The notes beneath the pieces were generated by a model. That model was given only the letters and a program-made list of their open reading frames with translations. It was not told the origin of the DNA and ran no database searches. This document shows positions 24,827 through 37,590 of a stretch of 64,000 bases of DNA, piece after piece (position 1 is the stretch's first letter; the number at the start of each line of letters is the position of its first letter). The translations under genes and the position numbers were made by a program. The stretch comes from Hemiscyllium ocellatum. Taxonomy: Eukaryota. Location: the NCBI RefSeq assembly GCF_020745735.1, contig NC_083429.1:32345877-32409876 (forward strand), read 5' to 3'.

Positions 24827-26681
24827 CAGGAACAATGGACTGACAGAAGAGACACAACAAACAGTGAGACAAACGGTCGTACCTATGATGATAAGACAAA
24901 CACATAACCTCAACACCAAGGAGAGGGAAGCACTGAAAGCACTAAGAAATGATAAGAACATAATCATACTACCAGCAGATAAAGGCAGAATGACGGTCAT
25001 CCTAGATAAATCAGATTACATCAAAAAAGCACAACAACTACTCACAGATACCAACACCTACCAAATGAAGGATTCTGACCCCACACCACAACTCACCAAT
25101 AGAATAAATAGCACACTAAGGAATTTACAAAAAAACGGACAGATAACCAAAGCTGACCTACAAAGAATGAAACCGGAAAGCAACAACACCCTCAGATTCT
25201 GTGGACTACCCAAAGTACACAAACCAGACATCCCACTCAGACCCATAGTATCACTACCAGGGACACCAGCATACAAACTGGCCAAAGAACTACAACAGAA
25301 ACTGAAACACCTGGTCAGCGGATCCAAACACTCCATACAATCAACACAGGAATTCTTGGATGTCATCAGGAATACACACATAGACAAAGAAGAAACCATG
25401 ATCTCATTCGACGTGACGGCACTGTTCACTTCGATTGACAAAACCCTAGCCAGAGAAACAATAGCCAACCTACTGGACATAGAGAACAGAAAACAGGAGG
25501 CGGAACCTATCAACAAAGACGGCATACTTAAACTACTGGACTTGTGCCTCACTACACACTTTACATTCAACAATCAGATATACGAACAAATCAACGGAAC
25601 ACCCAGTGGGATCACCAATCTCGGGACTCATAGCAGAGGCAGTTATGCAAAGGTTAGAACAAACAGCCCTACCACAAATTCAACCCAAACTCTGGGTCAG
25701 ATATGTCGATGACACGTTCGTAATCATCAAAAACACGGAAACAGAAAAAACACACCGGATCATCAACGCCACACTCACAGGAATCCGATTCATGAGAGAA
25801 GAAGAGAAGGATAGCCAACTCCCATTCCTAGACGTGATAGTACAGAGAACACCGAACGGAGAATTCACCACAAGGGTACACAGGAAAACAACACACACAG
25901 ACCAAGTCCTAAACTATAAAAGTAACCACCCCAACACACACAAACGAAGCTGCATCAGGATACTATTCAAAAGAGCCACAACACACTGCAGTACACCAGA
26001 ACTGCAAAAAGAGGAAGAGGAACACCTATACAAGGTATTCGCCAAAAACGGATACCCGCGCAACTTTATCAACAGATGCCTAAGAGACAGACCACGGAAC
26101 GAGGACATGCCACAACCAAAAGGACTAGCCACACTACCATACATCAGGAGCATTTCAGAACTGACAGCCAGACTACTGCGACCCTTAGCACTCATAACGG
26201 CACACAAACCAACAGCCACGCTCAGATAACAACTCACTAGAACAAAGGACCCGATACCCAACATGAGCAAAACTAATGTAGTTTACAAAATACCATGCAA
26301 GGACTGCACAAAACACTATATAGGACAAACAGGAAGACAGCTAACAATCTGCATACATGAACATCAACTAGCCACGAAACGACATGACCAGCTATCCCTA
26401 GTAGCCGCACACGCAGACAACAAACAACATGAATTCGACTGGGAAAACACTACTATCATAGGCAAGCCAGACAGAGAACAGCCAGGGAATTCCTAGAGGC
26501 ATGGCATTCATCCACAAACTCCATCAACAAACACATCGACCTGGACCCAATATACCAACCACTACAGTGGACAGCTGAAACTGACACCCGGAAGCGTCAA
26601 GGACAGACCACTATAAATACTGGAAGAAACATCAAAGAAGCGCTTCGCAGGAGGCTCCAGAGCACTGATGATGTCGCCTAG
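24827..26681 (+). pseudogene. PLE RT plus GIY-YIG endonuclease, 5'-truncated, with frameshifts and a stop (right arm)
   Basis: ORFs 24864-25712, 25606-26229 and 26263-26496. Confidence 0.9.
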
Positions 26682-26701
26682 CCAGGGGACGAAACATTTG
26701 C
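26662..26701 (+). ncRNA. Type I hammerhead motif (family A), helix III mutated
   Basis: gca-CTGATGA-t-gtcgcct(agcc)aggggac-GAAA-catt-tgc. Confidence 0.75.
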
Positions 26702-28909
26702 AACAAAAACTTCCAGCTCAGCGAACAGAACCACAGCAAACTTCAGAACATTAAATATCTTTAGTGGGTGTCTCCTTGGTCTTCCATTTTTTTTTTCTCT
26801 GGAGAAACGTGCACTGCACTGTTCAGACTACCTGGCATTTCTAATCTTTAAGTTGTGGAGTTGTCCTTGTACAGTATATTTTTTTTGGACTTTCTGCAGT
26901 CCTCTATGTATGCCTTGGAATGCATAGAACAGAACCGTTTTCTTAATTGTGACTTACCTATGTTTAGATACAAACTGAGTATAAATTCTCTACTGCTCAG
27001 TTCTACTTGGGAAGAAATCCCTGTGAGAATTTAAAAGGAAATCATTGCATTTTTGACAGACAGGTCTGGGAGCATCCAGACATAATACTTCATAATTAAG
27101 AAGTGCAAAGATTATGAGAACAGCATTATTTGCATAATTAGAAAAAAACATTGTGATGTCTTTTGCTTAAAAATGATTAATTCATGTCTGGAACAGAAAC
27201 GTCTTTTATTCTAAACTTCGATACATTTATTGTTGTACCAAGGAGTCATTCAAAACTACTTTGTCAAATGGTAATCAAGATGAATAATGTTTTGTTCTGA
27301 GAACTGAGTTTTTCCCATTTCACAGCTCATTTATTGCTATAAGGTAGAAGTGGCAGATTTAGAAGCAAAAACCCAAAAGTCAACTTTAACCTCAGCCTCA
27401 AGCTGGAATGCCTTTGAAATCCAACACCTAATTATATGTCACAATATGATTGTGAAAATAAATACTTAGATTTTGCAATAAACATGATATTAGTGAAATG
27501 CATCATCGAATTTGATTTTCTTGTCTTTCGAATTGAAGGAAATAGCAACACTTATCAATATTCTAAAAGGTTTCAATGCTTCTAGATGTGTGTTTTGTGA
27601 AAGTATGTAAATGTGAAATGATTAATGAAATCCCCGATCAAGAGGGGATAGAGGAATTAGATTTTAAAAATACAGTGGAGAGTCTGATTTTGGACTTTAG
27701 AACACAAGTAGATGAATTATATGTGACTTTCTACTTTTCCATATTCTAACTGAAGTATCTATAAGATTGCAATGAATGAATTACAAAATCATGATTCTAG
27801 CAGGAGGAATTTTAGATAAGTGTTCATCTGTTAATATTCCATGGTGTAATTTCAGGTCAAAGTTTTCATAATTGCCAGTCACTTTATTATCTTACTGCAG
27901 ATAAGAAAAATGCTGCAATATAAATGGATCTTTATATATTTTACACTGGAACAATATTCTGAATAATTTGTACACTCAAGAGGGTTTCACCAAACTCTCC
28001 TGTTTTTATTCATTATTAGTGATGTCTATGATCTATTATTATACATTGAATCAGTTGATTCTCCCATGAGTGTAGCTTTTGGTCTGGTTAATAATTGGTA
28101 CTTGAATTACCTTCCACTTGGAAGGGTGCTATCTTGAGAATAGTATGTAGGCAGCACTAAGATAGAGCAAATGCTTTCATGAGTCTATTTGCCTAGATGA
28201 GTCACAACAATAGCAATTTGCATTTATGTAGCGACTTTAATGTGGTAAATCATCTCAAGGTGCTTCATAAGAGCAGAATCAAATAACCTTTGATTGAAAT
28301 GGATTATAAAGATTAGCTCTGTTTATAGTTACCTGCTATCCACAGTGTGTGAAATTAGCAAATGTCAAATGAGAAAATTGACACATGAAATTATCACTAT
28401 AACCAAGCCAAAGTCAGAGGCCTGAATTTTAGTTCCTGGGTCAGATGTTCAGGGTCGGGACAAATCCTGGCTCCATGAAATTGACCTTCAAAGTTGGCCA
28501 TTCGTGCTCCCCTTTTTCTGGTCCAGGAGTGCAAGCTGGATTCGGAGACAGGCTGGGTGATTTGGGCAGAATCCAAGAGGCTGATGGCTTCTGAGGAGGA
28601 TGTGTACAAGGTCTACCTCAGGGCTCCAAAAATTAAAAAAGGAATGAAACGTACAACATTCCTCAAGCCCTCATCCCTTATACCCCTTACAGTCTCCTCA
28701 ACTCCAAGCAGTTACCATGCTCAACCCATCCTAATCCATGTTACCCAATGCCTTCTACTCTTGCTCCTATACATCCTGTACTTTCCGATGGATCTACCAT
28801 CATCCATTCTCCCTCATATCTCCTATGTTAAATTTCTGCTACTTCATGCCTACCAGTTGTCCTTTCTAGCATTTATTCCCTCTTCACCTACCATACCAAC
28901 TCACTGATT

Positions 28910-29460
28910 ATCATAGAGTCATAGAGATGCCAGCACGGAACAGACCCGTTTCTTCATGCTGACCAGATATCCTAAATTAATCTAGTCCCATTTGCTACCA
29001 TATGGCCCGTATCCCTTTAAACCCTTCCTATACATCCACCCATTCAGATGCCTTTTAAATGTAACAATTGTACCAGCCTCCACCACTTTCTCTGGCAGCT
29101 CATTCCATACACATACCACTCTCTATATGAAATAGTTGCCCCGTAGCTCCCTTGTAAATTTGTCCCCTCTTACTCTAAACCTATGCTCTCTAGTTCTGGA
29201 CTTCCCCACCCCAGGGAAAAGACCTTGCCTCTTTACCCCATCCATGCTCCTCATGATTTTATAAACCTGCACAAGGTCACCCCTCAGTCTCCAACGTTCC
29301 AGGAAAAACAGCTCCAGCCTATTCAGCTTCTCCCTATACATCAAACCTTCCAATCCTGGTACCACTCTTGTAAATCTTTTCTGAGCCCTTTCAAGTGTCA
29401 CAACATCTTTCCTATAGCAGGGAGACCAGAAGTGTACACAATATTCCAAAAGTCCACTAA
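28910..29460 (-). mobile_element. CR1 3' fragment
   Basis: ORF EYCVHFWSPCYRKDV..LRGDLVQVYK; catagagt tail. Confidence 0.92.
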
Positions 29461-31349
29461 TAACAATGTATGACGATTAATGAATTCTCTGATCAAGAGG
29501 GATGGCACAAATTCAATTTTGAAAATATATTGGAGAGTCTGAATTTGAACTTTAGGACAATGATAGCTGAATTACATTTGTTTGAACTTCTTGTTTTCCA
29601 TTTTCTAACTGAAATACGTATCAGGTTAAAAAAAAGTTATATTGATAAAATTTCTATGATATAGACTACATTCTATTGAGAAAAACAACTTATTCATAAA
29701 GGCACATTATAATAGTTCTTGACTAATGTGATAGCACTTTGGCAGTTTAACAGTTTGAAGGTTTAATGCATATTTTGGCCACAGTCTTCTCCACTTTGAA
29801 CAATCACAAAAAATACCTGACTTCCCTCACTAACTGACTATGTATTCCTTCAAAGTACTTGACTTCCGCTAAAGGTGTCCCACATCCTTGACAAAAGTAT
29901 ATCCTTGTTATCCAACAGTATCCACAAAATTCAGATCTGCTCTTAGTGGGTCTAATATGCACACTCTGTGTTCCACATGGCAGGGATGGCAAGACCCCAC
30001 TTATGCACAGGTTGCTAATGTTGTGTTGGGAAAAGTTGTCAAAGAGGAGTCTTCAGTTCTGTGTTCAGTAGTACAAGCAATCTTTATTCACAGCCCTTTT
30101 ACCACACATGTGGGAGAGGCCAGAGATTTCTCTGAATCTGGCTTTCACATGGGGCCAGTTTCCTTCTTAAACACAGCTCAGATCAGAGATTAGTAACACT
30201 GTTCTTTTCCCAATAAAGTACAGGATATTTATACATACTGCATTAGAATGTTACATGTACATTGACATCAGTGCTTGCCATTTCTCTTCTGACCTACACA
30301 TCCAACCCTGTAAATATATAATCAATGATGGACAACTTCATGGGCAATCTTAGGTCCTCTCATCATCTCATGATGTTTGCCAGACTCCCTATCTCCTGTC
30401 CTTGGGAGGTCTTACAATGCATCTTATTGACCACATTTTAACACCGAATACTATGTCCCTTCCCAGACATTTCCCAACTACATCACACTGAATGGGATGT
30501 TGTTTGCTACTTTTTGAAGCTGCAATTAATTTCTTGAAGTTATAATGTCTAAGCAATTGCCCCCTTACAATATTATCTATTTTCTGGTATCCTTTCACAA
30601 AGTTATCTGTTTTTTCCCTTTGTTATACGTCATTCTGACCTTGATGTTTATACCATTTGTCCTTCAATTCCGTCCTGCTGATAGGATGGGGAATCCTCTC
30701 AACTATCTACAGTCATTGGTCTAAAATAATTCAGGTAAATTTCTTAACATTAGTTTCTTTTAATTGCATTTATAATTTCAGTATACCTACTTGTATAACA
30801 CATAATGACAATTACTTCAAAAAAAACCTTTGATTATGGTGTGACCAGACTTTGCCTTTACTAAATAACTAGATTTCTATGAGGCACTTCATTATCTTAT
30901 CTAGTTGCCATGAACTTGAAGGCCATTGTGCTGACTGTGGAAACTGCTGCCTCAACTAACAATTTGTTTCAACAACGGGCAACTCCAAAAGTTGTAAAGG
31001 GCTAACTTCCTCTGTAATATGTGCAAATCCGAGTCTTACCTGATAGATACCTCCCATGATAAAGAGAAGCACTGTTTTCAGCTGGGACTTGCCATCTCAT
31101 ATCACTTCTGCCATTTTCTCCACAAAACAGGGAGCGTCTCTGTCATGGTGAAAATTTGGCTCATACTTGCATTCATATTGTGCTATGCCCATTAATAAGC
31201 ATGTCATACAGTGATGAAGTGCAAATATGACAGTGATGAAAAGAGTTACCAACCAAAATTATTGAAGGCATCCAAACCTTGCTTTCTAATGCTCAAATCA
31301 AGAATATGCAGCCACAAATGTCATTCCAGTTTGGATCGAAACACGCAGT

Positions 31350-32520
31350 TGTGAGATGAAGATAAATGGCTTTCACATCAAGGCAGAGTTTGACGACTTG
31401 TTACATCAAGAAGCTTGAACAAAATTGAAGTCAAAGGGAATCCAGAGAAAGTTCTAATTTTGCTATTATCATATTTAGTAGAAAGGAAGCTAGTTGGCAA
31501 TTTTGGAGGTCAATTGCGTTAGCCCCAGAACATCACTCAGACCAATGTCCTGGACAAAACCATCATCAACTCTTTCTTTAATAATCTTCATCAATAAGGG
31601 ATGGTGATAGATCGTTGCCAAGTGTTCAGTTCTACTTCAAGCTCCTAACATAATAGTGCAGTCCATGCATGCCTGCAGTAAGATCACTACAGCATTCAGT
31701 CTTCAGCTGACAGATAGCAAACAATATTTAATTGTACAATACAAATACTAAGGAATAATCATTTCCAATTAAAAAATGATCTATCTATGTATTCTTCCTA
31801 AATTCAATGTTACTACCATTGCTAAATCCCTCACTATCAACACTTTGAGGGTCACCATTGATCAGAAATCTATCTATGCTTTGGCACCAAGATCAGTTCA
31901 GAGATTGAATATCTGTGACAATAAGCTCACCCAAAACCTTTCCACCCATTTACAAAACACAGATCGGGAGTACTGCCCACATGTTTGGATGAGTGCTGTG
32001 ATAATAACACCCAAGAAATTAAATAACACCAAATACAATGCAATGCATTTAATTCACACCCCATTGACCACCTTAAACTTTCACTCCATCCATCATCAAC
32101 ATATCATGGCAGTGGTTTGTGTTATCTATGAGATGCACCAGAAGGAGCTCACAAAGGTTCCTTCAACAACATCTCCTATACTTCTTGACCTCTATAAATT
32201 TGAAGTCAAGGGCAGCAAGTATATTGGAATGTAACCGTCTCCAAGCCATCTCAATCAACTCACACAACACCTTCATTAGGAAATATTGTTTAACATTACT
32301 CTTTTATTGTCACTGGGACAAAACCCTGGTATTCCCTTCCTGACGAGCATTGAATCCTGACTTGGTCAGCTCACAGCCCACGCACAAATAAATAAACAGC
32401 ACTTTAGGAGTAACATCATTGAGTGCAGCAGATCAAAAAAAAACTCACCATCACCATCCCAAGGGTAATTAGGATTGGGCAATGAAAGCTGATATTGATA
32501 GTGATTCTCATGTCCCTTGA
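31350..32520 (+). mobile_element. Old LINE fragment (second CR1-group family)
   Basis: acatcaaggcagagtttgac (DIKAxFD-like) start; 3' end gggtaattaggattgggcaat; homologous to 49740-50255 and 51470-52170. Confidence 0.65.
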
Positions 32521-34271
32521 AAGCATAAAGTTTTGAAAAAGTCTTCAAAAATTGATCAACTATGGCAACAGAACCTCGGTTTTCTGTTTGTTTATCCATT
32601 TTAGCAGTTCACCCACATCAGATCTCCTTGCACCAACAAGGTCTGACTGTGAAGCATCTTCTGAAGAAATTCATACCAAGTAAGCTCTGTCATTCCTGAA
32701 ATATTAACATTGCTATTTGAAACTGAAAAGATAATTTCTACTCTTATAAAGTAGAATTTGTATGAAGATAACTTTTTTCACTTGTACTGAACATGTTAAC
32801 CTAATTTCATATTCGCCAGCTTATTTAATGACTGGCTTTGAAAATCTCCATCACGTAAATTAAATAAAATGTTAATTTTCATTGGCTTGTTGTACAACTT
32901 TTTTTTTAATGATGGGACTAGCATGATTCTATCTTACAATACTATTTAGTCAAACTAAGCCATAATTTCTTGCAATCCGATAACCCAATGTAAATAGCAA
33001 GGCAATATTTTTCATTGAGGAATCCCTAATTAAACACTGTCTTATCTTTACCTGATGTTTTCCAATAAAACAAGCTGAGAGATGTAATTAATGAATTTCA
33101 TGAGCTATAGCTTTTAAAAAAATGTGCCTATTCATATTCAGGAGCTCTCAGTCAAGATCGTAACTGCTATTTGCATGCAGTGTGCAGAGCAGGAGATAAA
33201 GAAATAAGAGTTGATTGACAACCAGAGGTAGAATATTCAATCTGACTTGGCTATATCTGTAATTGAACAACTGCTGATCTCAAAGACAGAGAAATGACAA
33301 GCAAAAGTGACCTCTAGCAAAACAACTTTTCAAGTTACTCCAGTTGTTATGAGGTTCTATTAGCACTACATCAATATTTATCTGAAGGTCTTAAAAAAAT
33401 TCACAATGGAGAATTATAGAGTCATTGAGTTATGTAGCTTGAAAAGACCATTTGGTTTAAGTCATCCATGCCAACCTAGTCCCATTTGCCAGCACCGGTA
33501 GATAACAGAACATTCAACAATTTGAATCAATGGTGAGAGACTTCATTTCTGCAGCGGGAGTGGAAACAAGGAAGCTGTTGGGAAGGTAAATTTAAAAACT
33601 TATCAGAGTGTAGAGGCTTCTGGGACTTTCTTTTCCCCTTCGGGTATATAAGTTGGCTGTTTGCTACACCTGAGACCCTACACCTGGAGGACCTCCCACC
33701 CACTCAACCACTTCCTGTCACCTTACACCACTAGGGGGAAATCAAGTAAGCTTTTTCTTTTCTCTTTCATTTCTTAGTAAGGGAAGTTAGCAGGGATGGC
33801 AGTGCAGGCAGTGCTATGTTCCTCCTGTAGGATGCATGAGGTGAGGGACACCTTTAGTGTCCCAGCTGAGTACACCTGCAGGAAGTGCACCCAATTCCAG
33901 CTCCTTGAAGACAGAGTTAGGGAACGGAGCTGGAGGCACTCAGGATCTTTCAGGAGTCAGAGACAGTTATAGATAAAAGCTACAGAGAGATAATTACTCC
34001 TGGAAATGAAGACACTTGGGTGACTTAGCAGGGGTAAGAAGCAGTCCGTGCAGGGATCCCCTGTGACCATTCCCCTTAATAACAAGTATACCACTTGGAT
34101 ACTGTTGTAGGGGACAGCTTACTAGGGGTAAGCCATGGGGTACAGGTCTCTGGCACAGATTCTGTCCCTGTTGCTCAGAAAGGAAGGGGCAGAGGAGTAG
34201 AGTGTTAGCCACTGGGGACTCCATAACTAGGTAGGCAGGTAGGAGATCAGGCAGCATCCAAGGAACAGGAA

Positions 34272-34307
34272 ATTCGACATTTTGGGCAAAAGCCCTTCAT
34301 CAGGAAT
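34272..34307 (-). ncRNA. Hammerhead motif with GAAA mutated to AAAA
   Basis: attc-CTGATGA-a-gggc(tttt)gccc-aaaa-tgtc-gaat. Confidence 0.65.
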
Positions 34308-35783
34308 GAGGAAAATGTGTCCAGCAGGCTAAGATAAAAGGTAGGGAGGAGGGACTTGGGGGAGGGGCGATGGAGATGTGATAGGTGGAAGGAGGTCAAG
34401 GTGAGGGTGATAGACCGGAGTGGGGTGGGGGCGGAGAGGTCAGGAAGAGGATTGCAGATTAGGAGGGCAGGGCTGAGTTCAAGGGAATCGACTGAGACAA
34501 GGTGGGGGGAGGGGAAATGAGGAAACTGGAGAAATCTGAGTTCATCCCTTGTGGTTGGAGGGTTCCCAGGCGGAAGATGAGGCGCTCTTCCTCCAACCGT
34601 CGCGTTGTTATGTTCTGGCGATTGGAGGAGTCCAAGGACCTGCATGTCTTCGGTGGAGTGGGAGGGAGAGTTAAAGTGTTGAGCCACGGGGTGGTTGGGT
34701 TGGTTGGTTCGGGCGTCCCAGAGGTGTTCCCTGAAGCATTCCGCAAGTAGGCGGCCCGTCTCCCCAATATAGAGGAGGCCACATCGGGTGCAGCGGATGC
34801 AATAGATGATGTGTGTGGAGGTGCAGGTGAATTTGTGGCGGATATGGAAGGATCCCTTGGGGCCTTGGAGAGAGGTAAGGGAGGAGGTGTGGGAGCAAGT
34901 TTTGCATTTCCTGTGGTTGCAGGGGAAGGTGCCGGGAGTGGAGGTTGGGTTGGAGGGGGGTGTGGACCTGACGAGGGAGTCACAAAGGGAGTGGTCTTTG
35001 CGGAACGCTGATAGGGGAGGGGAGGGAAATATATGTCCAAACGGACCCCACCATCAGGGATATATTTCCCTCTCCTCCCCTATCAGCGTTCCGCAAAGAC
35101 CACTCCCTTCGTGACTCCCTCGTCAGGTCCACACCCCCCACCAACCCAACCTCCATTCCCGGCACCTTCCCCTGCAACCGCAGGAAATGCAAACTTGCGC
35201 CCACACTTCCTCCCTTACCTCTCTCCAAGGCCCCAAGGGATCCTTCCATATCCGCCACAAATTCACCTGCACCTCCACACACATCATCTATTGCATCCGC
35301 TGCACCCGATGTGGCCTCCTCTATATTGGGGAGACGGGCCGCCTACTTGCGGAACGCTTCAGGGAACACCTCTGGGACGCCCGAACCACCAACCCAACCA
35401 CCCCGTGGCTCAACACTTTAACTCTCCCTCCCACTCCACCAAGGACATGCAGGTCCTTGGACTCCTCCATCGCCAGAACATAACAACACGACGGTTGGAG
35501 GAAGAGCGCCTCATCTTCCGCCTGGGAACCCTCCAACCACAAGGGATGAACTCAGATTTCTCCAGTTTCCTCATTTTCCCTCCCCCCACCTTGTCTCAGT
35601 CGATTTCTTCGAACTTAGCACCGCCCTCCTAACCTGCAATTTTCTTCATGTCCTCTCCGCCCCCACCCCACTCCAGCCTATCACCCTCACCCTGATCTCC
35701 TTCCACCTATCACATCTCCATCGCCCCTCCCCCAAGTCCCTCCTCCCTACCTTTTATCTTAGCCTGCTGGACGCATTTTCCTC

Positions 35784-35819
35784 ATTCCTGATGAAGGGCT
35801 TTTGCCCGAAACATCGAAT
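35784..35819 (+). ncRNA. Hammerhead motif (family B)
   Basis: attc-CTGATGA-a-gggc(tttt)gccc-GAAA-catc-gaat. Confidence 0.78.
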
Positions 35820-37310
35820 TTCCTGTTCCTTGGATGCTGCCTGACCTGCTGCGCTTTAACCAGCAACACATTTTCAGCTCTGATCTCCAGCATCTGCAGA
35901 CCTCACTTTTTACAGGCAGGTAGGAGATACTGTGGGAATGAGAGAGACTCACGGTTGGTGTGTTGCTTCCCAGGTGCGGGTCCAAGATGTTTCGGATCAT
36001 GTATTTGGGATCCTTAAGTGGGAGGGGAGCAGCTCCACGTTGTGGTCCACACAGGCACCAACAACATAGGTAGGAAAAGAGATGAGGAGGTAATGCAGAA
36101 ATTCAGGGAGCTAGGGTGGAAGCTAAGAGCTAGAATAAACAGAGTTGGTATCTCTGGTTTGTTACCCATGCCACATGCAATCAAGGCAAGAATTAGGGAG
36201 AGTGCGGTTGAACATGTGGCTGCAGGGATGGTGCAGGAGGGAGAGATTCAGATACCTGGATAATCAGTCCCATTCCAGGGTAGGTTGGATCTCAATAAAC
36301 GGGATGGTCTTTACCTGAACCAGAGGGATACCAATATCATGGGGTGGGGGTGGGGAGGCCGGTGGTGGGGTGAGGAGAGCAGAATTTGCTAATGTTCTTC
36401 AAGAGGGTTTAAGCTAATTCAGCAGGGAGGTAGGAACCTGTATTGTAGCTCCAGTGTACAGGAGGTTGAGAGTAATAAGGTCATAAATAAGGTTTCAAGG
36501 TCACAGGAGTGTACTAGCAGGCAGGAATATAGTTTGAGGTGTGTCGACTTCAATGTCAGGAGCATCTGGCATAAGGTGGGTGAACTTGCAGCATGCGTTG
36601 GTACCTGGGCCATTTCAGAGACATGGGTAGAAAAGGGACAGGAATGGTTGTTGCAGGTTCCGGAGGGTAGATGTTTCAGTAAGATCAGCGATGGTGTTAA
36701 AAGAGAGGGAGTTGTGGCATTGTTAGTCAAGGACAGTACTACGGTGGCAGAATGGACTTTTGATGAGGACTCATCTACTGAGGTAGCATGGACTGAGTTT
36801 AGAAACAGAAAGGAGAGTTCACACTGTTGGGAATTATCTACAGGCCTCCGAAAAGTTCCAGAGATGTAGAGGAAACAATTGCAAAGATGATTGAGTGAAA
36901 GTAATAGGTTAGTTGTTATGGGGTCTTTAACTTTCCAAATATTGACTGTAAAAACTATAGTTCAAGTACTTTAGATGGGTCAGTTTTTGTCCAATGTATG
37001 CAGGAGTGTTTTCTGACACAGTATGTATATAGGTTTACAAGGGGCGAGGCCACATTAGATTGGTACTGGGAATGACCAGGCCGGGTATTAGATTTGGAGG
37101 TGGGTGAGCACTTCGTTGATAGTGACCACAATTCAGTTATGTTTACTTTAGTGATAGGCAAGGGATATAGCTGGGTGAAAGGCAATTCTGATGCAATTAG
37201 GCAAGGTTTAGGATGCATATGATGGGGAAGGAAACTGCAGGGGATGGACACAATTGAAATGTGGAACTTGTTCAAGAAGCAGTGACTGTGTGTCCCTGAT
37301 ATCTATGTGT

Positions 37311-37590
37311 GTGGCACAGTGGCACAGTGGTTAGCACTGCTGCCTCACAGCGCCAGAGACCCAGGTTCAATTCCCACCTCAGGCAACAATTCTCCCCGTG
37401 TCTGCGTGGGTTTCCCCCGGGTGCTCTGATTTCCTCCCACAGTCCAAAATAATGTGCAGGTTAGGTGAATTGGCCACGCTAAATTGCCTGCAGTGTTAGT
37501 TGCAGGGGTAAATGTAAGGGAATTTCGGCGGGTCGGTGTGGACTTGTTGGGCTGAAGGGCCTGTTTCCACACTATAATAATCTAAAAAAT
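37311..37590 (+). mobile_element. HE1-type SINE nested in CR1 ORF2
   Basis: ggcacagtggttagcactgctgcctcacagcgccagagacccaggttcaattccc head; CR1 sequence resumes at ~37590. Confidence 0.9.

Larger units (their letters stand above)
23064..26736. mobile_element. Penelope/Poseidon-like element (family A) as a 3.7-kb head-to-head inverted dimer
   Basis: Minus arm 23064-24826, plus arm ~24827-26736; RT motifs SFDVTALFTSI, GSPIS, RYVDD; GIY-YIG NVVYKIPCKDC..YIGQTGR..HEH; 13-bp TSD caaacttcagaac at 23051-23063 and 26737-26749. Confidence 0.95.
34248..35913. mobile_element. Neptune-like PLE (family B) 1.67-kb head-to-head inverted dimer
   Basis: Minus arm 34248-35034, plus arm 35035-35913; Cys linker CNRRKC; IIYCIRCTRCGLLYIGETGR..RFREH; 15-bp TSD aggcaggtaggagat at 34233-34247 and 35914-35928. 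Confidence 0.95.

Noticed and set aside
23064-26736. Inverted repeat as an assembly fold-back or a TIR DNA transposon
   Set aside because: It has a clean TSD, arm-specific mutations, asymmetric ends and RT/GIY-YIG coding content
32700-33310. AT/TAAT-rich blocks as conserved enhancers (also ~20900-21600)
   Set aside because: Cannot be supported without cross-species alignment
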